Assembly (NCBI GenBank): GCA_963708025.1
Contig: CAVPSB010000034.1
Span: 128,001-192,000, forward strand
Source of the DNA: an uncultured Candidatus Rokubacteria bacterium
GTDB taxonomy: Bacteria > Methylomirabilota > Methylomirabilia > Rokubacteriales > DASRDR01
Length of the DNA stretch: 64,000 bases
Direction of reading: 5' to 3'
The notes beneath the pieces are model-generated. The model had not been told where the DNA came from. It did not search any database and worked only from the letters and a program-made list of their open reading frames with translations. The position numbers and the translations under genes were made by a program. Position 1 is the stretch's first letter, and every line of letters starts with the position of its first letter. Below are positions 9,149 through 19,095 of the stretch, piece after piece.

Positions 9149-9226
9149 CCCCGCCCCTATCCCCCCAAGCGCCCGCCCCGGTGCTTGGGCCCGCTCTAGT
9201 TCCTTGGCGTACCGGGTCAAGCTGTC

Positions 9227-9354
9227 GGGGGCGGGGCCGAGGAGCGAGCAGCGCTAGGACGCAGGGAGTCGCCCACCGCAGGCGTATGCCGCATACGCCG
9301 AGGATGGGCGACGACCGAGGACGACGCGATGCGACGCTCATCGGCCCCGCCCCC
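9227..9354. repeat. 128-bp nested imperfect palindrome between convergent genes (MITE/REP-like)
   Basis: Arms GGGGGCGGGGCCGA/TCGGCCCCGCCCCC, GTCGCCCA/TGGGCGAC and GGCGTATGC/GCATACGCC. Confidence 0.75.
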
Positions 9355-11013
9355 CTAAAACCGCGAGGACGAGAGCTGGACGTCGGCCTTGCCCCAGGCC
9401 TTGCGGAAGGCCGCCTCCACGCGCGCAGCCTCGGCCGTGTTCCCCTGGGCTCGCAGGCTCTGGGTCAGCCCGAACAGCGACCAGCCGTTGTCCGGGTTCC
9501 GGGCGAGGTCCTCGCGGTAGACTTGCTCCGCCTCGCGGGGCCGACCGGCCTGGAGCAGCACCGCGCCGAGGGTTTGCCGCACCGGGAAGTACCACGGCGG
9601 GGGCTCGGTGAACCAGTGGGTGTCCTGCTCGGCCACCGCCGCGCGGAGCAGCCGCTCCGCGGTCGCCATGTCCCCCGCCTTGGCCGCCAGCTCGCCGGCC
9701 AGCACGTTCGCGGCGAGCTGGAGCATGTTCCGGGCGCGGAAGAAGAAGGCGACGGTCCGCTCCGCGGGGACCGACTGGAGGAGCGCCTCCAGCGCGGCCA
9801 GCTCCTGCCGGGCCTCGGCGGCTTGCCCCTTCGCGTTGAACGCCAGGCCGCGGGCGTAGTGCCACACCCCCCGGGTGTACGACCACTCCCGCGGAGGGGC
9901 CGGGTACCGGAGCACGTCGTCCCAGCGGCCGAAGCGCGCCAGGGCCACGAACGGCGCCACCGGCGCCGTCTCCATGTCCGGCATCTCCTTGATCATCTCC
10001 GCCGGCGCGGCGTCACCGAACTCGCGAGCCGCGCGGATGGTCTCCGCGGCGCGTCCCTGCATGGCCGCCGACTGCCAGATGAAGTCGAGGTTGTGCGGGT
10101 AGTAGAGCCCGCGGTAGATGGGACTCGGGCTGGCCGTCGCGAAGTACCGGCGGTCCGCCTGCACCGCCGCCGCGTTGGAGGCGACAGCGTCCGCGTAGCG
10201 TCCCACTCGCCAGTAGATGTGCGAGGGCATGTGGACGAGATGCCCCGCCCCGGGCATCAGCTTCAGCAGGCGGTCGGCCGGCGCCTCGGCGCGCCGGGGA
10301 TCCGGGCTGGCCTCGACGGCGTGGATGTACAGGTGGATGGCGCCGGGATGATCGGGGTTCCGGGCCAGGACCCGCTCGAGCGTCCGGACGATCTCCTCCG
10401 TGCCCGGCTGCGGCTGGCCCTCGGGGGTCCAGAGGTTCCACGGCCGGAGGTTCATCATGGCGTCCGCGAAGAACGTGGCGACCTCCGGGTCGTCCGGGAA
10501 CTCACGCGCGACCTGCCGCATGGCATCGGCGTAGGCCTGGTCGAGCGCCTCGCGCTTGACGCCGGGATCGGCCGAGTGACGCTTCGCGATCGCCTGGATC
10601 AGCGCCCGCTCGCGAGGGCTCGTGGAGGCCGCGGCCCGCGTCGCCTCCTGGACGGCGGCCAGCGCCTTCTTCTCACGGTCCGCGTCGGTGGGACTGTTGT
10701 AGTTCGAGCCTTCGGTGAGCGCGATTCCCCAGTAGCACAGGGCGCACGCGGGATCGAGGCGGGCGGCCTCCCGGAACGACTTCTCCGCCTCGGAGTGATT
10801 GAAGGCGTAGACCAGCCGCAGGCCCTGGTCGAACCAGCGCTGGGCCTCCGGGGACGCGGTGGTGATCCGGGAGGAGTAGCTCCCGAGCGAGTCGTAGAGG
10901 GCCGGGCGATCCGTGGCCGCCGCGCCACCGTGCGTCATGTCGTGCCGCTGCGTCGAGCAGGCGGCCAGCCCAATGAGGAGTGTCGGGACGAGAATCCGGC
11001 GCCATGCCTTCAT
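9355..11013 (-). CDS. TPR-containing lipoprotein
   Basis: GAAGGAGG SD, lipobox LAAC, QRWFDQGLRLVYAFNH, HPGAIHLYIHAVE, GHLVHMPSHIY. Confidence 0.85.
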   Translation of the reverse strand: MKAWRRILVPTLLIGLAACSTQRHDMTHGGAAATDRPALYDSLGSYSSRITTASPEAQRWFDQGLRLVYAFNHSEAEKSFREAARLDPACALCYWGIALTEGSNYNSPTDADREKKALAAVQEATRAAASTSPRERALIQAIAKRHSADPGVKREALDQAYADAMRQVAREFPDDPEVATFFADAMMNLRPWNLWTPEGQPQPGTEEIVRTLERVLARNPDHPGAIHLYIHAVEASPDPRRAEAPADRLLKLMPGAGHLVHMPSHIYWRVGRYADAVASNAAAVQADRRYFATASPSPIYRGLYYPHNLDFIWQSAAMQGRAAETIRAAREFGDAAPAEMIKEMPDMETAPVAPFVALARFGRWDDVLRYPAPPREWSYTRGVWHYARGLAFNAKGQAAEARQELAALEALLQSVPAERTVAFFFRARNMLQLAANVLAGELAAKAGDMATAERLLRAAVAEQDTHWFTEPPPWYFPVRQTLGAVLLQAGRPREAEQVYREDLARNPDNGWSLFGLTQSLRAQGNTAEAARVEAAFRKAWGKADVQLSSSRF

Positions 11014-11081
11014 CGATGTTCCTCCTTCATGGTGAGCGCGGCGTCCGCTCGATTCCGCGGGGGCGGCGTCTCGGTGACCCG

Positions 11082-11933
11082 TCACGCGGGCGAGCGGCTC
11101 ACGGAGCGCTCGATGCGCGCCAGCCGGGCGAGCACGTCGCCTTGCAGGCGGTCCACCTTCTCGTGCAGGTGGGCGACCTCCAGCTCGGCCTTCAGGTTCA
11201 CGTCGTACTCGATGTCGGAGCGGATCCGGTCCTTCGCGGCCATCCGGTTCTGACTGATCAGCACGAAGATCGAGAGGAAGATCGCCTCCAGGGACACCGC
11301 CATGGTCAGGAGGCCGAAGGGGAACGGATCGAAGGCGGGGAGCCCGGGGACGAGGTCCACGTTCGCCACGATCCACACCAGGAAGAACAGCGCGTTCAGG
11401 GCGAGGAAGACCATGCTGCCGCTGAAGTCGGCGATCCAGTCGGCGGCCTTCTGGACGAGTGTCCGGTGATCCTCCATCTCCTCGTTGACGTTCCGGGATG
11501 CGGTGTGGCGGAGCTGCTCCGCGCTCGCCCGCAGGCGGCGTCCCATGACCGCCAGCATGTCGAGCGCCGCCGAGGGGTACCGGTTCAGGAACTGCTCGAG
11601 GTCGGGACGGTCCAGCCGCAGCGCCTCCAGGTCCTCGGTCGCGACCACCGCCGCCGTGCGCGGCCCGCTGTCGAGGAGCGAGATCTCCCCGAAGTAATCC
11701 CCGACCCCGGACGTCTCCAGGACGATCCGCTTGCCGGTGTCGTCGGTGACGAAGATCTCGACCGCGCCCGCGCGGACGATGTAGAGCGAGTCTCCGGGGT
11801 CGTTGTAGTTGAACACCAGCTGGTTCGCCGGCACCCGCACCACGTCCAGGACCCCGGCCAGGGCCGTGCGCTCCTGCTCGTCCATCAGCTGGAAGAAGGG
11901 GACTTCCTTCAGCAGTGCGGCATCGGTCGGCAT
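11082..11933 (-). CDS. Cyclic-nucleotide-binding + DUF1003 membrane protein
   Basis: cNMP motif YFGEISLLDSGPRTA; DUF1003 motif FDPFPFGLLTMAVSLEAIFLSIFVLISQNR. Confidence 0.9.
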   Translation of the reverse strand: MPTDAALLKEVPFFQLMDEQERTALAGVLDVVRVPANQLVFNYNDPGDSLYIVRAGAVEIFVTDDTGKRIVLETSGVGDYFGEISLLDSGPRTAAVVATEDLEALRLDRPDLEQFLNRYPSAALDMLAVMGRRLRASAEQLRHTASRNVNEEMEDHRTLVQKAADWIADFSGSMVFLALNALFFLVWIVANVDLVPGLPAFDPFPFGLLTMAVSLEAIFLSIFVLISQNRMAAKDRIRSDIEYDVNLKAELEVAHLHEKVDRLQGDVLARLARIERSVSRSPA

Positions 11934-12182
11934 GGTGACCCCCTCATCTGTCGCTCCCGCCCCGGTGGCCCTGGTGACGCCCGGTTGTCCTCCCTGGCGG
12001 TCCGGGGAGCGCGGATCACCGCGAGCGTAGCACACCTGGCGAGAGGTCGAGGAGCCGGAGCCGGCTCACGGCTCCACCGTCGCGCGCCCGGGAGGAAGCG
12101 AGCCGGGGGCTGAACGGAGCTGGAACGAACGACTCGCACGCCGCGATTGTGGCAAACTGGACGAGTTGTGCCGGAACGCGCC

Positions 12183-13418
12183 ATGGAGAGGTCAGAGCTC
12201 CTCAAGCAGCTCCACATCGATCGCGGCACCAACGGAACCCCGCGGTCGCGCGCCCGCCGGCTCGGGCTCGGGGCGGCCGTGCTGCTGGTCCTGGCCGGAG
12301 TCGTCTGGCTCGCGCTGGGCCGGCGAGAGCCGCCCACCGTGCGCACCGCCGTGGCCCGGGCCGCCGGCCCCGCCGCCGGTGCGGGGTCGGTGCTCGACGC
12401 CAGTGGCTACGTCACCGCACGCCGCCAGGCCACCGTCTCGGCCAAGATCACGGGCAAGGTCGCCGAGGTGCTGATCGAGGAAGGCATGCGCGTCCAGGAG
12501 GGCGCCGTGCTGGCCCGGCTCGACGACACCGAGGCCCGGGCCCAGCTCTCGCTGGCCCAGGCGCAGCTCACCGCGGCGCGCTCGCAACAGGCCGAGATCC
12601 GGGCCCAGCTCGAGCAGGCCGAGCGGGACTACGCGCGCCAGAGCGAGCTCTATCGGCGGGAGCTCATCGCCGCGCAGACGCTGGACGCCGCCCAGGCGCA
12701 GCGCGACACGCTCCGGGCCCGGCTGGCCAGCGCCGGCGAGCAGATCAAGGTGGCGCAGGAATCGGTCACGGTGGCCGAGGTCCAGCTCGCCAACACCGTG
12801 GTGCGCGCCCCGTTCACCGGGGTGGTGGTCGCCAAGGCGGCCCAGCCGGGGGAGATGATCTCGCCGATCTCGGCCGGCGGCGGCTTCACACGGACCGGGA
12901 TCGGCACCATCGTGGACATGGACTCGCTCGAGATCCAGGTCGACGTCAACGAGGCCTACATCAATCGCGTCACCCCGGGCCAGCCGGTGGAAGCCACACT
13001 GAACGCCTACCCGGACTGGAAGATCCCGGCCGAGGTGATCGCCATCATCCCCAGCGCCGATCGCAGCAAGGCCACGGTCAAGGTGCGCATCGCCATCAAG
13101 CCGAAGGATGGCCGCATCGTGCCGGACATGGGCGTGCGGGTGGCCTTCCTGAGCGCGCCCTCGACCGCCCCTCCGGTGCCGACGGCGGCCTCGCCCGGGG
13201 TGCTGGTGCCCGCCGAGGCGGTCAGGGTGGACGGCGGCCAGAGCGTGGTGTTCGTGCACGCCAACGGCAAGGTGGAGCGCCGCCCCGTCACGCTGGGCCC
13301 GAGCGTCGGGGGCCACCGGCACGTGCTCACCGGCCTCCGTGACGGCGAGCGGGTGGTGCTGTCCCCGCCGGAGTCGCTCGAGGACGGCGCCGCCGTGAAG
13401 CTGGCCGAGAGCGGCTGA
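12183..13418 (+). CDS. Efflux periplasmic adaptor subunit (MacA-like)
   Basis: ASGYVTARRQATVSAKITGKV, helical hairpin, VRAPFTGVV. Confidence 0.9.
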   Translation: MERSELLKQLHIDRGTNGTPRSRARRLGLGAAVLLVLAGVVWLALGRREPPTVRTAVARAAGPAAGAGSVLDASGYVTARRQATVSAKITGKVAEVLIEEGMRVQEGAVLARLDDTEARAQLSLAQAQLTAARSQQAEIRAQLEQAERDYARQSELYRRELIAAQTLDAAQAQRDTLRARLASAGEQIKVAQESVTVAEVQLANTVVRAPFTGVVVAKAAQPGEMISPISAGGGFTRTGIGTIVDMDSLEIQVDVNEAYINRVTPGQPVEATLNAYPDWKIPAEVIAIIPSADRSKATVKVRIAIKPKDGRIVPDMGVRVAFLSAPSTAPPVPTAASPGVLVPAEAVRVDGGQSVVFVHANGKVERRPVTLGPSVGGHRHVLTGLRDGERVVLSPPESLEDGAAVKLAESG

Positions 13419-13460
13419 CGGCTCGCCGGCCGGATCCCGAAGGGACCCCGCGAATTCCCG

Positions 13461-14159
13461 ATGGCCACGCTGGTCGAGGTCCGCGGCGTGACGAAGGTCT
13501 ATCGGCGCGGCAGCACGACGATCGAGGTGCTGCACGGCGTCGACCTCGACATCCCCCGGGGCGACTTCGTGGCGTTCATGGGTCCGTCCGGGTCCGGCAA
13601 GACGACCCTGCTGAATCTCATCGGCGGCCTGGACTCGCCGACCTCGGGCAGCATCGTGGTGGACGGCCAGCGCATCGACCGGCTTTCGAGCGGCGAGCTG
13701 TCGCGCTGGCGGGCCGCGAACGTCGGCTTCGTGTTCCAGGCCTACAACCTGCTGCCCGTGCTGTCGGCCCAGAAGAACGTGGAGCTCCCGCTCCTGCTCA
13801 CCAGCCTGTCGGCGGCCCAGCGGCGCCGGCACGCCCGGATCGCGCTGACGCTGATGGGCCTCGCGGACCGCGCCCAGCACAAGCCCAAGGAGCTGTCGGG
13901 CGGCCAGGAGCAACGGGTGGCGATCGCGCGCGCCATCGTGTCCGACCCCACGCTCCTGGTCTGTGACGAGCCGACCGGCGACCTCGACCGCGCCACCGCC
14001 GACGAGATCCTGACGCTGCTGCAGATGCTCAACCGGGAGCACGGCAAGACCATCGTGATGGTCACCCACGATCCCAAGGCCGCCGGCTACGCGCAGCGTC
14101 GCCTGCACCTGGACAAGGGGACGCTGGCGCCGGACGACGCGGCCGGTCGCCCGTCATGA
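13461..14159 (+). CDS. ABC transporter ATP-binding protein (MacB/LolD type)
   Basis: [22 protein letters not shown]. Confidence 0.95.
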   Translation: MATLVEVRGVTKVYRRGSTTIEVLHGVDLDIPRGDFVAFMGPSGSGKTTLLNLIGGLDSPTSGSIVVDGQRIDRLSSGELSRWRAANVGFVFQAYNLLPVLSAQKNVELPLLLTSLSAAQRRRHARIALTLMGLADRAQHKPKELSGGQEQRVAIARAIVSDPTLLVCDEPTGDLDRATADEILTLLQMLNREHGKTIVMVTHDPKAAGYAQRRLHLDKGTLAPDDAAGRPS

Positions 14160-15322
14160 GGTACCTGCCCCTCCTGTGGGCGGGGCTCTTCCGCAAGAAG
14201 ACCCGCACCGTCCTGACGCTCTCCTCGGTGATCGTGGCTTTCCTGCTGTTCGGCCTCCTGCAGGGGGTCAAGGTGGCGTTCGAGTCGGGCGCGGACACCG
14301 CGGACGCCAAGCGGCTGCTGACCACCGCCCGCTATTCGATCATCGAGCCCCTGCCGATCGCCTACCTGCGGCGGATCGAGCAGGTCCCGGGGGTGATCGG
14401 GGTGGCCCACGCCGAGTGGTTCGGCGCCAAGTACCAGAACGAGAGCAACGCCTTCCCGGTGTTCGCGGTGAACCCGGCCCGCTATCTGGACATGTACCCG
14501 GAGTTCACCGTCGCCCGGGACCAGCGCGAGGCCTTCATCAAGACGCGGACCGGGGCGGTGGCGGGCCGGCGTCTGGTCGACCGCTTCGGCTGGAGGCTGG
14601 GCCAGAAGCTGCCGATCAGCTCCGAGATCCACCCCCGGGCCAACGGGGACATGAACTGGGAGTTCGACCTGGTCGGCATCCTCGACGCCGAGGATCCGGC
14701 GGTGCGCGGCAACACGGACGTGGTGCTCATCGGCGCCGAGTACTTCGACGAGGCCCGCCAGATGGGCAAGGGCCGGACCGGCTGGTACATCGAGCGCATC
14801 GCCGATCCGGGGCAAGCCCGGGCCATCTCGGCCGACATCGACCGGCAGTTCACGAACTCCCCCGACGAGACCAAGACCCAGCCCGAGAAGGAGTTCGCCA
14901 TCGGCTTCGCCAAGCAGATCGGGGACCTGGGCGCCCTGGTCACCCGGATCCTGGCCGCGGTGTTCTTCACCATCCTGATCCTGACCGGCAACATCATGGC
15001 CCAGTCGATCCGGGAGCGGACCGCGGAGCTCGCCATTCTCAAGACGCTCGGCTTCTCCGACGGGAAGGTGACGGCGCTGGTGCTGGCGGAGGCCCTCCTG
15101 CTGCTGGGTCTGGGCGGTGGGCTGGGCATGGTGGCGGCGGTGGCCGCGCTGCCCTTCCTGAACGGCGCCACCGGCGGCCGCTTCCCCCCGCTGTTCGTGA
15201 GCGGCGCCACCTGGCTGATGGCCGCCGGCATCACCACGGCGCTGGCGCTGGCGGTCGGGCTGCCCCCGGCGCTCCGGGCCCGGCGGCTCCGGATCGTGGA
15301 AGCGCTGGCCGGCCGCCGATGA
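14156..15322 (+). CDS. ABC transporter permease (MacB/FtsX type)
   Basis: RKKTRTVLT, ERTAELAILKTLGF; ATGA overlap with upstream gene. Confidence 0.92.
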   Translation: MRYLPLLWAGLFRKKTRTVLTLSSVIVAFLLFGLLQGVKVAFESGADTADAKRLLTTARYSIIEPLPIAYLRRIEQVPGVIGVAHAEWFGAKYQNESNAFPVFAVNPARYLDMYPEFTVARDQREAFIKTRTGAVAGRRLVDRFGWRLGQKLPISSEIHPRANGDMNWEFDLVGILDAEDPAVRGNTDVVLIGAEYFDEARQMGKGRTGWYIERIADPGQARAISADIDRQFTNSPDETKTQPEKEFAIGFAKQIGDLGALVTRILAAVFFTILILTGNIMAQSIRERTAELAILKTLGFSDGKVTALVLAEALLLLGLGGGLGMVAAVAALPFLNGATGGRFPPLFVSGATWLMAAGITTALALAVGLPPALRARRLRIVEALAGRR

Positions 15323-15347
15323 TCAATGCTTGTCCGAGGGTCGCTCG

Positions 15348-16538
15348 ATGATCAACCAGATCGTGCAGATCACGCTCGATGAACCTGCGCAACGTCCCGC
15401 AGCGCCTGGGCGCGTCGCTGGTCGTGATCGTCGGGATCGGCGGCGTGGTCGGCGTGCTGGTGTCGATCCTGGCGATGTCGGAGGGCTTCCGCCACACCCT
15501 GGCCAGCACCGGGCGGAGCCACCGCGTGATCATGCTCCGGTCCGGGTCCGACACCGAGCTCTCCAGCGGCCTGCCGCGGGAGCAGGCCACGCTGCTCGGC
15601 AACCTGCCCGGGGTCGCGCGCGACGCCGGCGGGACGCCCGCTGGCGTCGGCCGAGCTGATGGTGATGGTGGACCTGCCGCGGCGGGGCGAGACGAATCCC
15701 AACAACGTGCCGTTCCGCGGCGTGCAGCCGGTGGCCTTCGCGATCCGCGACGAGCTCCGGATCGTGGCCGGGCGCCGGTTCGAGCGCGGCGTGCGCGAGG
15801 TGATCGTGGGCCGGAAGGCCTCCCGGCAGTTCGCCGGGCTGAGCGTCGGCTCGAGGATCGGCTTCCGCGACAGCGACTGGACCGTGGTCGGCGTCTTCGA
15901 GAGCGGCGGCGACGTGCACGAATCCGAGATCTGGGCGGATGCCGAGGTGGCCATGTCGGCGTTCCGGCGCCCGGGCTACCAGTCGGTCACCGCCGTGCTC
16001 GCCGACGGCTCGGCGAGCCGGCTTCGGGGCCCTCGAGGCGACGATCGGCCGCGATCCGCGCTTCTCGATCAAGGTGCTGCGCGAGCCGGAGTACTATGCC
16101 CGGCAGGCCAGGATCCTGTCGGACCTGATCAACGTGCTGGGCTACACGGTCGCCGCCTTCATGGCGATCGGCGCGATGTTCGGCGCGCTGAACTGCATGT
16201 ACTCGGCGGTGGCCAGCCGCCAGGTGGAGATCGCCACGCTCCGCGCGATCGGGTTCGGCGGCCTGCCGGTGGTGATCTCGGTGATGATCGAGGCGCTGCT
16301 CCTCGCGCTGCTGGGCGGCGCGGTGGGCGGCGCCCTGGCCTATCTCTACTGCGACGGCGCCTCGCTCTCCACGCTGAACTTCAGCACCTTCTCCCAGGTC
16401 GCCTTCGACCTGCGGGTGACGCCGACCCTGCTGGTCCAGGGGCTCGCGTGGGCGCTCGCCATCGGCGTCGCCGGCGGGCTGCTCCCGGCCGTCCGGGCGG
16501 CGCGCCTGCCAGTGACCCTCGCGCTCCGCGCCCTGTAG
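15348..16538 (+). CDS. ABC transporter permease (MacB/FtsX type), frameshifts at ~15378, ~15640, ~16015
   Basis: Pieces in ORFs 15330, 15379, 15659 and 15939 join into one permease (RQVEIATLRAIGF). Confidence 0.85.
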
Positions 16539-16657
16539 ACTGGTTCGGGGGGTCCCCGGCATCCGCTCGGAGCGCTGGCTCGGCGTCGGAGCTTGCCTCG
16601 GCCTGGCCGGCCTCGGACCGCCGGACTCTCCGACACGCCCGGGAGCGCGGTACGCGG

Positions 16658-18155
16658 TCAGACGGTCGGCCGGGTCACGTAGCCGTAGCGTCGATTGGTG
16701 CGGCCCGGACCCTCCTCCTCGTACGCGGCCCGGGCGACCGCGATGCGGTCGGTCGCGAGCGCGGCGCGCCGGTCGTACCGGTAGAGCGCCGCCGAGTTCT
16801 CGCCGAAGATCGCCCGCTTGACCGGGCCGTCGGCGGGACCGAGCGGGGCGAACCCGTGCTTCTTCTGCATGTCCTCGGGGATCTCCAGCCGGCGCAGCGC
16901 CTCGATCTGCCACTGGGGCGCGCCGGTCCAGACGGCGTCGGTGCCCCACACCACGTGGTCGGCCCCCAGCCCCTTGACGAGCTGGCCCAGCATCGCGGCG
17001 CACAGGCGGGGCTCCGCCACCGTGCTCTGGGCGAAGATCTGGCCGAGGTCGCCGTACACGTTGGTGACGCCGTACCGGGCCGGGATCTCGGACAGGTCGG
17101 TCACCCAGTCCACGCGCCCCGTCTGCTCGAACTGCGTCCAGCCGTCGGCCTGGGCGCCGCCGGTGAAGCGGAATCCCGAGTGGTAGATGATGAAGTTGAG
17201 CTGCGGCCAGTCCTTGGCGGCCTTGCCGACGTCGCGCACGTCCGCGTACTCCAGGAGCTGCGGGAACTGCTTGGTGGTCGACGGCGGGTAGAGCCCCTTG
17301 TGGACGCACACGTTGACCAGCCCGGCCTTCTGGAGCTTCTCGTAGAAGGGATAGAGCAGCTTCTCGTCGTCCATGCGCCACGGGTGCCGGGCCAGCTGCT
17401 TGTTGGTGTTGTCGCCGACCGTGTAGCCCTTGAACGAGTCGGGCTTCAGCGTCGCGATCGCGTGGTCCACCGCTTCCATCCACCCCGGCATGCCCGGCAT
17501 GAAGATCGCGTGCGAGAGCATGCGCCGGGAGCCGGTGAGCTTGTTCACCCGGGCCCGCGCCTCGGCCTTCATCTCGTTGGTCAGGAACCAGTCGCGCGGG
17601 TCCTCCGAGCCCGACCCCGAGATGAGGGCGACCTTGGTGTCGCTGTCGAAGTAGATCTCCTTGAAGTAGTTCGCGAACTTGAGGTCCTCGAGCGTCTGGG
17701 GCTTGCCGACCAGGGCCGGGTTCCAGCCGGCCTGACCGACGGCCTCCCGCGAGCGCACGAAGCCCACCAGGCGCGTGTCGTCGCGCAGGAAGTGGGTGTG
17801 CATGTCCATGATGAACTGGTCGGCCAGCGCCTTGGCGCGCTCGTTGGCCAGGTCCGGCGCGGCAGCCTCGGCGCGGCTGACACCGAAGAGCGGGCCGTAG
17901 ACCTCGTTCATCGCCACGAAGGCCGCGGCCATGCCGGCGGCGGTCTGGAAGAAGCGGCGCCGGCTCAGGCCCTGGTGTTTCGCCAGCTCGCGTCCCCAGC
18001 GCCTTCACGCGGGCCTCGACCTGCCGCTGCTTCGCGGTCTGCGGCAGCGGCATGAACTCGTCGCTGGAGACGAACTGCGTGGGGATCGGTGACGCGAAGG
18101 CGGCGGTCTCGGCGGGCAGGAGCTGGGCGAGTTCTTCCGGATCGAGCGACGGCAT
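16658..18155 (-). CDS. Amidohydrolase-2 family protein, frameshift at ~17990
   Basis: PIPTQFVSSDEF N-terminus, DMHTHF, CVHKG, IIYHSG, WGTDAVW. Confidence 0.85.
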
Positions 18156-18347
18156 GGATGCCCTCCTGGTGCGAGGAGTGTCGGCCCGCGGCCGCCCGTT
18201 TCCGGCGGGCGGCCGCCGGCCATGGCCGCATGGTTCCGAGACATCTTCGATCGTCCGTCGGCGCGGTGTCAAGCGGCCGAGGGCACTTCCGAGGGGCCAT
18301 CCGTACGCTCTCGACCCGGGGCGGCCCTCGCGCTATCATCCAGCGGT

Positions 18348-19031
18348 ATGCCGATCCGGATCGTCAGCGAGCCGATCTCCGTCGATGACCTCCGGCGGAT
18401 CGCCCGCGACCAGTTCGGCGACTTCGTGAAGGCGGTGGTGGACGTCCGGCAGGGGGTGATGGCGATCGGCGCCGAGCTCCATGCCGACGAGGAGGCCTGG
18501 CTCCTGGATCGGGACGCCCGACAGGCCGACCTCTGGGGGATCAATCTCTATCCGGACCGGCCCGAGGGCAAGCGCGTCGAGTTCGACTCGCTGATCAACG
18601 TGCGGCCGTCGCAGGGGAACCGATCCCGCTCCGTCGACGACGCCGCGATCCGCCAGCAGATCGGCGCCATCGTGGCGCGGCTCGTCGAGCCCGTGACGGT
18701 CTCTGGGTTCCGGCACGCCGAGCTCGCGGCCGGCCGCTGGGGCCAGCTTTCGCTGGTCGAGCAGCTCGCCAACGCCGGGACCGAGGTGGGGCGCATGCGC
18801 CGGTGGTACGGGCGAGACCACGCGCTGGCGGCGGCGGCGTTCGAGCGCGCGCTCGAGCTGCTCGACCTGACCCTCGCCGACCCGCGCTGGCGCGGCCGGC
18901 GGAAGGAGGTCGCCCGGGCGCGCGAGCTCCTCGGCGACGCCGCCACCGGCGGCCACGAGCACGGCGCCACGCTGGAGGATCTGGACCGCTACTTCCTCGC
19001 CTTCGCCCTGGCCGCCCGGGCCGGCCGCTAG
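18348..19031 (+). CDS. DUF5674-like protein fused (possibly by indel) to a conserved helical hypothetical protein starting at GTG 18693
   Basis: VKAVVDV..GAELHADEE..LWGINLYP..EFDSLINVRPSQGN; second part GRWGQLSLVEQLANAGTEVGR. Confidence 0.7.
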   Translation: MPIRIVSEPISVDDLRRIARDQFGDFVKAVVDVRQGVMAIGAELHADEEAWLLDRDARQADLWGINLYPDRPEGKRVEFDSLINVRPSQGNRSRSVDDAAIRQQIGAIVARLVEPVTVSGFRHAELAAGRWGQLSLVEQLANAGTEVGRMRRWYGRDHALAAAAFERALELLDLTLADPRWRGRRKEVARARELLGDAATGGHEHGATLEDLDRYFLAFALAARAGR

Positions 19032-19067
19032 CCAGGCCAGTGCCGCGGCCTCCGAGTGGCCGGAGTC

Positions 19068-19092
19068 CGGGGGTCTTCCGAGACCCCCCGAA
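19068..19092 (-). repeat. Family-A 3' hairpin
   Basis: TTCGGGGGGTCT-CGGA-AGACCCCCG, 3 nt after the stop at 19096. Confidence 0.75.
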
Positions 19093-19095
19093 AAC

